NCBI GenBank assembly: GCA_001600695.1
Contig: BCKQ01000002.1
Location: forward strand, 2,046,329-2,055,866
DNA: 9,538 bases
Source: Ascoidea asiatica JCM 7603
Taxonomy: Eukaryota > Fungi > Ascomycota
Direction of reading: 5' to 3'
The first letter of the stretch is position 1. Each line of letters starts with the position of its first letter. Position numbers and translations under genes: made by a program. The notes below the pieces were generated by a model that ran no database searches, was not told where the DNA came from, and saw nothing but the letters and a program-made list of their open reading frames with translations. Shown here piece by piece: positions 1 to 8,867 of this stretch.

Positions 1-1
1 C

Positions 2-128
2 AGTACATTCGAGATGCACACAGAACTTCAAAGAAAGAATAAATAATGCAGACCCGTCACGTTCTAGTACATTTAACATGCACACGGAAGTTCTGAGAAC
101 GCAATAGAATGTAGTCGTGGAACAATCT
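2..128. repeat. Degenerate ~64-bp tandem repeat (2 units, partial third from ~129)
   Basis: AGTACATTcgagATGCACACaGAAcTTCaaAGAA (2-35) versus AGTACATTtaacATGCACACgGAAgTTCtgAGAA (66-99). Confidence 0.7.
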
Positions 129-168
129 ATGCAATCTTAGAAAGTCTAAGAATAGCCTAGAATATTCG
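86..168. promoter_or_regulatory. Distal heat-shock-element-like array (step-type, GAA every 10 bp)
   Basis: GAA at 87/97/107 and at 120/140/150/160, ending in GAAtaTTC (160-167); about 1 kb upstream of an Hsp30-family gene. Confidence 0.55.
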
Positions 169-543
169 AAGACAATTCTAATAAAAGAATAAAATGATTA
201 ACAATCAATAATTTCCAAATCAATTTTGGTACTTCCGACCTTGCCGGTCCTGTACACAGATCTCACATAATTTTTCCACGATTTTCCACTGCTTTTTACG
301 TTAATCCAAATAAAATTGAATCTTTGAAGTCTTATTTTGAAGTATTCGAATAAAGTCCTGACTGAAAAGCTATCACAATTCGTAATCAAGGGTATGAGTT
401 AATTCTCTTTCATGGTCATTTCAGTCACCAGGTTGATTGAAAATTAAGAGCTAATGTAAAAGTTATCTGAAATGCAAACTAATTATTTAAGAGAATAATA
501 TTCAGATTGAGTAAATTAGTTTGGAGAACATGAACATTTGCTT

Positions 544-576
544 AGAATTTCCAGGAAAAGTTAAGAATTCTTAACT
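544..576. promoter_or_regulatory. Heat-shock-element-like array overlapping an 18-bp palindrome (copy A promoter)
   Basis: GAA at 545/555/565 (aGAAttTCCagGAAaagttaaGAA); perfect palindrome AGTTAAGAATTCTTAACT at 559-576. Confidence 0.55.
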
Positions 577-800
577 CTAATTCTGGACTAGTAAGAGTGT
601 TTATGGATGTAGTGGAAGAGGAACAGAATACAAAACATATTTTAGGCCAATTTTCCAAGAATATTTTTTTTTTCCATTAGAATCCATGAATGATGATTAT
701 TAATGAAATGAGAAATGTAACAAAAAATATCTCAAGAAATTCGTCTTTAAGTCAAGATTGAATATTGAATATTCATTATCAGTCACATTTTCAAGGTATT

Positions 801-808
801 TGACGTAA
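801..808. promoter_or_regulatory. CRE-like ATF/CREB (Sko1/Aca1-type) site TGACGTAA; mirror at 9210-9217
   Basis: Exact T(G/T)ACGT(C/A)A match about 350 bp upstream of a stress-gene ATG. Confidence 0.4.
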
Positions 809-985
809 TACAGTAAAGTTGTAGTAGTTCAATCCTAAACAAGGTACAATTTGTAACGAAAAAGTATGGTAATCAATTGAAGAAGGATAAAGATTGAAAT
901 GAAAGAAGATGGGTGAGTAAATTGGTATAAATGAAGTGTAGATTCCTTTTGTTTTGAATAAAAGATATTGTAATTGATATTTATT

Positions 986-994
986 TATATATAA
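986..994 (+). promoter_or_regulatory. Candidate TATA box of HSP30 copy A (mirror 9024-9032)
   Basis: TATATATAA about 160 bp upstream of the ATG. An alternative TATAAAT lies at 926-932. The AT-rich background limits confidence. Confidence 0.4.
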
Positions 995-1150
995 TATTAA
1001 GATAATAAGATTATTTTATCAAACAGGTTTCTTTCTTTCAAACTCAATTCTACTAAATTATTAATCACTTAATAAATTATCAAAGCTCTAAATTATTAAA
1101 TTATCAAATTTCTAAATAACTATAAGACAAAACTATAAATATAAATTATA

Positions 1151-2050
1151 ATGATTGCTGATATTGTTTCTCGTGATAATGAGGCTTTAGATCTCAATCC
1201 TCCAACTGGATTAGACATGCATATTACAGAACATGGTTCAGATTGGTTATGGGCAGCATTTTCAGTATTTGCTTGTGCTACTTTATTCCATGCTTTCTTC
1301 TATTGCTGGAACCATAAGAAAAACAACTCCACAAAAGCAATTGCTCATGTTGGTCCTTTATTAGCAGCAGCTACAATGTCATATACCTATTTCACTATGG
1401 CTTCTAATTTAGGTTGGACTGATATCCAAGCAGAATTTAATCATACTACAGTTAGTGATTCATCCGAGACTCCAGGTATCAGACAAATATTTTATTCTAA
1501 ATTTGTTGGTTATTTCTTAGCTTGGCCTGCTATTTTATTTGCTGTTGAGATTGCAGGTTACGGAAAAGCCGATTATAATTTCAAATCATTGGTCCAATTA
1601 TGGGTTCAAGTTTCTTCAGTTGAAGTATTTGTTGTTGGTTTATTGATTGGTTCTTTGATTGAATCTACTTATAAATGGGGTTATTTCACATTTGCTACAA
1701 CTGCATTATTATTAGCTTTATTTGTTTCTTGCAATAGATTAGTTTCTGTTCAAAAAGCTAGTAGAAAAGTTATTTGTGTTTCTTCATTCTTAGGATTATT
1801 GTGGATCTTATATCCAATTGCTTGGGGTCTTTCAGAAGGTGGTAATGTTATTGAACCTGATTCCGAAACTGTCTTTTATGGTGTTTTAGATGTATGTCAA
1901 TTTATCTTAGTTCCAGGTTGTTTATCATTCCTTTACAAAAAAGAAGTTCTTCCAGTTTCTGAAACAGCTGCAGCAGCACCAGCTTCCAAAGAGGTCAATG
2001 ACTTTGAACCAAGAGATTCAGGAGAAACTCAAGTTCCAGAGACTGTTTAA
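1151..2050 (+). CDS. HSP30: Fungal opsin-related plasma-membrane protein (Hsp30/Yro2/Mrh1 family, bacteriorhodopsin-like 7-TM fold), copy A, 299 aa
   Basis: Intact intronless ATG-TAA ORF with about 7 hydrophobic segments. Family motifs: LNPPTG..HITEHGSDWLWAAFSVF, YFTMASNLGWT.IQAEFNH, RQIFYSKF, STYKWGYFTF, LYPIAWGLSEGGNVI.PDSE.VFYGVLD. FYSK..WP is closer to Hsp30 than to Mrh1/Yro2 as I recall them, so the subfamily call is less certain than the family call. Confidence 0.92.
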   Translation: MIADIVSRDNEALDLNPPTGLDMHITEHGSDWLWAAFSVFACATLFHAFFYCWNHKKNNSTKAIAHVGPLLAAATMSYTYFTMASNLGWTDIQAEFNHTTVSDSSETPGIRQIFYSKFVGYFLAWPAILFAVEIAGYGKADYNFKSLVQLWVQVSSVEVFVVGLLIGSLIESTYKWGYFTFATTALLLALFVSCNRLVSVQKASRKVICVSSFLGLLWILYPIAWGLSEGGNVIEPDSETVFYGVLDVCQFILVPGCLSFLYKKEVLPVSETAAAAPASKEVNDFEPRDSGETQVPETV

Positions 2051-3051
2051 TTGTCCTTGCATTTTGCAAATTTCTTTTGACTTATTCAATTAGGTCGAAT
2101 TGAAAACTTTTTTTTTCTGTTTCTTAACAATATCACGATTCTATGATCTTTTTACGATCTGATGACTTACTACTGTTCCTTCTAATTTCAAATTTCAAAT
2201 TCCTAATTCTTTATACTTTCTTTTTTTTCAATTGGTGTGGCCTAGGTTCTTGTTGGGCTTTTAATTATTAATTTTTTTTTACTATTTTCTTATATAGGTT
2301 ATGATCAAATCAATACATTTCTTTTTATCCTTTTTCAAATAACTGCCGTTCGTCTATTACTTGTAATGAAATTTGTTTCTTATATTGGAAAAGACTTTGA
2401 AGAGGTTAAGTAATATTGAAACAAAAACTTATTACTACTCAATTGAATGCCAAAAATTTTTGATTTTTCGGCCTTTTCGTACTACAACTTTTCTGTTTAA
2501 CTTTATTATCTAAGAAAAATATTCAATTGTTGGAGGGATTATATAAGTAAATTCTGACAAAAAAAGAATGAAAAAGTACTTTTCTTTTCATAAACCTAGG
2601 AACATACAAAGAATTGCAATTGAAAATTCAGCTTCTTGGCTTTTGAATGAATCTCCGATCAAGCTATACGTTTTACCTCATTTCTGCAATACTTTATAAA
2701 AACCGAAAAATGTATTAAATCTCAATATTCACTGTGACTAAAATGTTCTTTAGATGTACAATATAAGAGCTCACTATAAATTTTTTAACACACTTTAATC
2801 ACATTCTTGGTTTTGTTTTATAACTGGAATAAGAATAAAACACTTACTATGGGTTTTGGAAACTAACTGTTAGCTAGACTGGTAGGCAAAAAAAAAAAGT
2901 TCAAAAAATTTTGGTAAAATTTAAAAAAAATAGTAATTCAAAATAATTAAAGAATTTTTTCCATCCGCCTTTTAAATAAGCAAAAAAAATTATAGAATTT
3001 CTCAAACACCACTTAAATCATTGACTTCGATTAAAGAAATAGGGAATAAAG

Positions 3052-4427
3052 CTATGAAGGCAGGGACAAGTATATATTTTTATTACTTTTTGAGATGTTA
3101 TTGTTCGAGATATCTTGGTTTAACAGTTCAATATCATTATAAATAACAACATCGTGATAGCCTCTAAGTATATGTAACTTCATATCAGATTTATATCTTG
3201 GATAAGCAATATTCTTTTTAATCCATTCTATTGAGCAAACCGATGATAAATTTATGATAGAATATTGAGAAGGGAATGAAGAAATAGAAGAAGATAGGGT
3301 TGGTTCGCTATAATGGCTTGTCCCTCGGTTGATATTTGGAAGAGTTTGGTAATGCATACCTTTTTCACCTTCCATAGGATGGAAAGTTTCTAATTTAACA
3401 ATTTTACTAGTGGAATCTCTAATAACTTTCACAAAAGTTAAATCTGAAATTTTAAATGCTTTCAATAATCCTTTGCATATGTCAAATTCATCGGAGGAAT
3501 CTACGTGGCTTTCATTACAATCAGGGAAAGTCAAAGGTAACATTTTATGTGAAGAATGAGTATAGTTGTAAAACTGATCGAACTTGATCTTCAAGTCGTT
3601 TTTATCAATTTTTGAGAAATGAATAAGCTCTTTATTAGTTAGATGACATAATACTTCAGGGAGGCAGCTATGAAGAACAAACCTGGCTCGAATATTAGAA
3701 GAGAATGGTCTTCCTTGTGCTTTATAAGCACCATTTCCTTTTTGTATTGAAGAGGTACTTTTTTTTTGCAAAATTGTTTTTCGGTAAAATTCCAATTATT
3801 CTTCGGTTGGCTATAATTCACAATAAACAGATTTTCCTGTGGATAATTAGCCAAAATTCTACTAGTATTATTTATTATTTTATGATGGAAACCATTCATT
3901 TGACTGATCATTAACTGTGAAGTGCTTCTAGTGCTTGAAAAGTTTTCAGAATAATTGCTTCCAATCATATAACGTTGATATAATCTATCACCTTCACTTC
4001 CACAAAAATTCTTGGTTAAATCATCTCTCGTTTTTAGAAACAGATTGTTAGCTGAATGACATTCGGGGCTGATATTATTTAAGCAATTTTTTTTATTAGG
4101 TTGTAAGTTGTAAGGACATTTATCTAATTTCATGGAGTTATCATTATAATCACGTTTATTGTTATTGTTATTATTTGTTTTATAAAGGTTTTTTTCAAGA
4201 TTTTTACTGTCTTTTAATTGGGAAGAGTTATCATAATACTGATCAGACTGATATGGAATGGTTATATTTTGTGCTGAAGACTTAGTCGAGTTTTCAATTG
4301 AAGGTAATAAAGTTGTTTTATTTTTAACATTTATAAAGTTTGAAAAAGGTAGAGTTTTTTTTGACAAATTTTCTTCTCTAGGATTTAAAATATTGTCAAG
4401 GTGCATTGCATCTTTGGAAGATCTCAT
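3052..4427 (-). CDS. Unidentified protein, probably one ~458-aa gene interrupted by a 1-nt frameshift near 3759-3767 (putative transcriptional regulator; may be a sequencing error or pseudogene)
   Basis: Two long overlapping same-strand ORFs (4427-3639 and 3795-3052) in very AT-rich DNA. The downstream ORF begins at TTG directly after a stop and has no nearby ATG. Adding one A to the A9 run gives a continuous 1377-nt frame (..FCKKK|STSSIQKG..). Asn/Ser-rich N-half, globular-looking C-half. Confidence 0.7.
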
Positions 4428-7400
4428 ACTTGAATAGAATTTAAACTGAACTATATGAATATATCTACCGGTAAGAATAAAAAGATCAATGATTTAAAAG
4501 AAAAACTGCAAGTTAGGTGAAAGAAAAAAAATATAAATAAAATTAATTCAAATAAAGAAAAAAGTACTTCCATGAAAAGAAAGCACCTTTATTTGATTTA
4601 TATCTTAAATTATTGTAGGGAGCTTTTATGCACTCAAAACCAATTAATAAATGAAGAGGTAGACTAGATAATTGATTAATATTGAAAAAAAATAACAAAA
4701 ATATTGAAACTTTTTTGAAGTAATTTCAACTCTTTTTTTTGGTAAAACGCTAATCTTTTCAAATTCAATCTTTCTTTGAAATTATTTTCAAAATATTTTT
4801 ATAGCCAACCCCATAATCAATAAATGCTGAAATGCAACAAAGAAACTATATTGATTGGACTGTAGCTAAGTTCCTTGGTTTTCCATTCAAGAAAAACGCA
4901 AATTGGCAAAGCACATAGAATCAAAAGTTCAGATCAAACACAGTAAGGTTAACATACAGTTTTTGTAGGCTGGAAATTTAAACTCAAAAACAAAGTATTC
5001 CTGAATCCAGTAATCAGGCATTCTATAAGATGATGATAGGCTGTGAACGATTATTTCGTACATCTTCAAAAGTACTGGTTCCTAAATATCTATATGAAAT
5101 TTGAGTCAAAAATTATAAGTTGCTATTGTCTGGATTCACATTTAGATGTTTATATTGTACTGTATTTCAAGAATTTCCAAAAAGGGAATCTTTTTTGCAA
5201 AGTAGGTCCAATTGCTGCTGGGAAGCTTCCGCAACCATCCGCAATTTTATAATAGATTAATCAAAAATTTCTTACAAAGACTAAAACTCAAGCCTTCAGA
5301 GAGCCTGAAATATATTTTTATTTTTGAGTTATTACATTGCCAGGAGTTAATTTTTAAAAGAATAATTAGAAAGTATTGGAAAAAAGGGTAGAAATTGTTT
5401 GCAAGTTGGATGAACGATGGTTTTGGTTTGAATCGGAAATCCAGTTTAAATGTTATTTGAATGATAATCTTTCTTCTAAATTCTAAAAAAAAAAGATTAT
5501 CAATTGGCCTGTATTTTTTCAAATAATAAATTCATTAATATTGAATGTTCTCAGTTATTTTTTGAAAAAAAAAATATAGCGGCCTGCTATAATGAAAAAG
5601 CTTTTAAAGTAAACAGAATATCAAAACTTATTTTTTTTTGTTTTGTTCCTTTTTCTTCAAAAGAATAGCTCAACGTGATCATTACCTTTTTTCCAAAATG
5701 CTTCAACATATTTTGTAAAATATTAAACAGTTTATTCTAAATGCGATAGGTAAATGGTTTTTGAAACATAAAAAAGCTACCAGTATTCAACATCACTTTT
5801 GTTTATTGAATCTGCCTATCAAATTACTTAGGGCAAATTTTTTTTTCTATAGTGACTTATGAAACAAAAAGATATTGAACGTATACGGGCAATTTCTATT
5901 TCTCAAATATTCTCCATTGAGTTTTGATATTTGTGACTACCTTTATAAAAATTAATATATAGTAATAAAGTTATAATAGTATATCAATGCATCTTGAAAT
6001 CGATAACATGGTAATGTAAATTTGGAGATAACAAAAATAAACTACTTTGATTGAAATAGTTTTTTCTCTGATAATTTGAGAATCACTGGAAAATAATAAT
6101 CACCTGAAGCTCAAAGCTAAGGTATATTTAATATACTGATTAACATTGAGTAACTTTGAATTCGAAGATCAATTTTTGGTACTGTGCTGCACTGCAGAGT
6201 ATTAAAAAAATAATTATGGGGTATGTTCTAAATTTTGATTATGATCATTTGAAGTGATTAATTTAGCTCAAAAATTTTCTAGTATGCTTTGTATTTTATA
6301 TTTTCAGTTACCAGTGAGTTTTTAAATAATAAAAAATTGCAATATTGACTCTGACAATAAGATTAAGAATTCTAAAAATTCATGAAGTCCAAGAAAAAGA
6401 AATCGAATTTCAAATTTTATTATAACATAGCCCTCACTTGCATTGAATGAGTTAAATATTATTTCATATTTATTTCTAATAGCTTCCAAAAATAGCCAGC
6501 AATAGAAAAATATTCAATGAAATATTCATTATCACCCATTAAAATAATTTAGCAGAAGATTTCTATTTGCACTTAAAGCATAAGTATAACCTGCTAAACC
6601 TCATAAACGAAAATACCAAAAAGAATAAAAATTAAACTAACTTAATTTTATTTGAATGAGACAAATTGAATAGTTAAATGAGTTTAATATCTCCTCGATA
6701 TATTCATCATGTCAGAAATCATATAAGGACTTTAGCTGGTATCACTAACAAGAAATCTTAAGATCAAATTTTTTAGATAATGGTTCTGAAAGAATTATTT
6801 GAAAGAAAAATAAAGATTGGTTAAACTTTTGGATTGAGATTTTCTGTTACAATGGTAACCCTTGTTTCAAAGAATTATCAAGGAACATTATTTATAGGAC
6901 AAAAAAAATTAAAAGAAATAGAAATTGTTTTTACAATGCATTTCTTTTATTTTGGAGAAGTTTTGATCGGTACAAACTTTGTATAATTTGTCAAATTTTA
7001 TATCAGTCATTTCATTATTTATTTTAAAAGTTGGAACTCTTTACCTAAAAAAAATATTTATTTATTGATTGTCCTAGCATCTTGCAGAACTTCTGGAGCA
7101 GAAATACTTATTCAAACTGGCGGAAGTACGGCTAGGCTAAGAAGACGATTGAAAAAGACCCAAATATATGGTCTCAATGACAGGTACATTTGGTTTCTCT
7201 TTAGTGCAGAGAAATGCGGTATTTAGGATTTCATAACTAACCTAAATAATGCGGTTCCCATAAGTAACGTTAATGTTAATATTACAAAGAAAGCAGAGTC
7301 AAGAAAATGTAATAAAATCAACTAAGAAGCATCAGAAATTTAAAAATCCTACAAAAAAGGAGTTTAATCAAAGGTTTGCAATAAAAACCAAGAGATTCAA

Positions 7401-7967
7401 TGTATAATTTTTATTTTAGGGTTAAAAAAACATCCCTGAAATCTACGAATATTGTTAAGGTGTATTTTTAAAAAGAAAATATACTAAACACAGAAAATTA
7501 CTTTTTGGAAAAAGAAAATACATTTTCCTTGTTCATTTTCAAATCAATCATTTAAACAGGAAACCCAGCATTATCCAGTTAACTTCTTTTTTCTCATAAA
7601 TTTTTATTGTCAGAATCTGTTTTTTTTTAAAAAAGTTTTGACTTGATTTCATTACAAGTAATAGACGAACGGCAGTTATTTGAAAAAGGATAAAAAGAAA
7701 TGTATTGATTTGATCATAACCTATATAAGAAAATAGTAAAAAAAAATTAATAATTAAAAGCCCAACAAGAACCTAGGCCACACCAATTGAAAAAAAAGAA
7801 AGTATAAAGAATTAGGAATTTGAAATTTGAAATTAGAAGGAACAGTAGTAAGTCATCAGATCGTAAAAAGATCATAGAATCGTGATATTGTTAAGAAACA
7901 GAAAAAAAAAGTTTTCAATTCGACCTAATTGAATAAGTCAAAAGAAATTTGCAAAATGCAAGGACAA

Positions 7968-8867
7968 TTAAACAGTCTCTGGAACTTGAGTTTCTCCTGA
8001 ATCTCTTGGTTCAAAGTCATTGACCTCTTTGGAAGCTGGTGCTGCTGCAGCTGTTTCAGAAACTGGAAGAACTTCTTTTTTGTAAAGGAATGATAAACAA
8101 CCTGGAACTAAGATAAATTGACATACATCTAAAACACCATAAAAGACAGTTTCGGAATCAGGTTCAATAACATTACCACCTTCTGAAAGACCCCAAGCAA
8201 TTGGATATAAGATCCACAATAATCCTAAGAATGAAGAAACACAAATAACTTTTCTACTAGCTTTTTGAACAGAAACTAATCTATTGCAAGAAACAAATAA
8301 AGCTAATAATAATGCAGTTGTAGCAAATGTGAAATAACCCCATTTATAAGTAGATTCAATCAAAGAACCAATCAATAAACCAACAACAAATACTTCAACT
8401 GAAGAAACTTGAACCCATAATTGGACCAATGATTTGAAATTATAATCGGCTTTTCCGTAACCTGCAATCTCAACAGCAAATAAAATAGCAGGCCAAGCTA
8501 AGAAATAACCAACAAATTTAGAATAAAATATTTGTCTGATACCTGGAGTCTCGGATGAATCACTAACTGTAGTATGATTAAATTCTGCTTGGATATCAGT
8601 CCAACCTAAATTAGAAGCCATAGTGAAATAGGTATATGACATTGTAGCTGCTGCTAATAAAGGACCAACATGAGCAATTGCTTTTGTGGAGTTGTTTTTC
8701 TTATGGTTCCAGCAATAGAAGAAAGCATGGAATAAAGTAGCACAAGCAAATACTGAAAATGCTGCCCATAACCAATCTGAACCATGTTCTGTAATATGCA
8801 TGTCTAATCCAGTTGGAGGATTGAGATCTAAAGCCTCATTATCACGAGAAACAATATCAGCAATCAT
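7968..8867 (-). CDS. HSP30: Fungal opsin-related protein (Hsp30 family), copy B, identical 299-aa translation to copy A
   Basis: Reverse complement of 1151-2050 (mirror coordinates sum to 10018); same protein sequence. Confidence 0.92.
   Translation of the reverse strand: MIADIVSRDNEALDLNPPTGLDMHITEHGSDWLWAAFSVFACATLFHAFFYCWNHKKNNSTKAIAHVGPLLAAATMSYTYFTMASNLGWTDIQAEFNHTTVSDSSETPGIRQIFYSKFVGYFLAWPAILFAVEIAGYGKADYNFKSLVQLWVQVSSVEVFVVGLLIGSLIESTYKWGYFTFATTALLLALFVSCNRLVSVQKASRKVICVSSFLGLLWILYPIAWGLSEGGNVIEPDSETVFYGVLDVCQFILVPGCLSFLYKKEVLPVSETAAAAPASKEVNDFEPRDSGETQVPETV

Larger units (their letters stand above)
480..2372 (+). repeat. Left arm of large inverted repeat (>=1893 bp)
   Basis: Position x pairs with 10018-x throughout. 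Identity ends after ...CTTGTAATGAAAT at 2372. The homopolymer runs checked (T10 at 664, T9 at 2108, T8 at 2221, T9 at 2272) match the other arm. The outer limit is set by the window end, so the true arm may be longer. Confidence 0.97.

Noticed and set aside
198-389. 63-aa minus-strand ORF
   Set aside because: TTG start, short, lies in the HSP30 promoter, no recognisable motif.
2551-2565. ATTCTGACAA(A/T)AAAA shared with the reverse complement of ~7602-7616, hinting at an older diverged extension of the IR
   Set aside because: Short, AT-rich, off the mirror register, with no continuous flanking alignment; likely chance.
3639-3800. Intron explaining the frame break
   Set aside because: No convincing GTATGT/GTAAGT donor with a TACTAAC branch point suitably placed on the minus strand.
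3705-3914. 69-aa plus-strand ORF
   Set aside because: Antisense shadow of the larger minus-strand gene; composition reflects AT bias.
3052-4427. Inner gene as a MAT gene (a1, a2, alpha1, alpha2)
   Set aside because: No homeodomain WFxNxR, HMG box or alpha-box seen, and no SLA2/DIC1-type neighbours in the window; only a short alpha2-like N-terminal motif.
5420-5445. B-box-like GGTTTGAATC suggesting a tRNA gene
   Set aside because: No cloverleaf stems or A-box around it.
5043-5522. ORFs 5043-5252 (+) and 5247-5522 (-)
   Set aside because: GTG/TTG starts in a eukaryote, F/I/K/L-rich AT-bias composition, no homology recognised.
2373-7645. IR-type regional centromere (K. phaffii/C. tropicalis-like) or point centromere
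   Set aside because: The arms are complete protein-coding genes and the core has a long gene; no CDEI-II-III arrangement was seen. Not formally excluded without CENP-A data.
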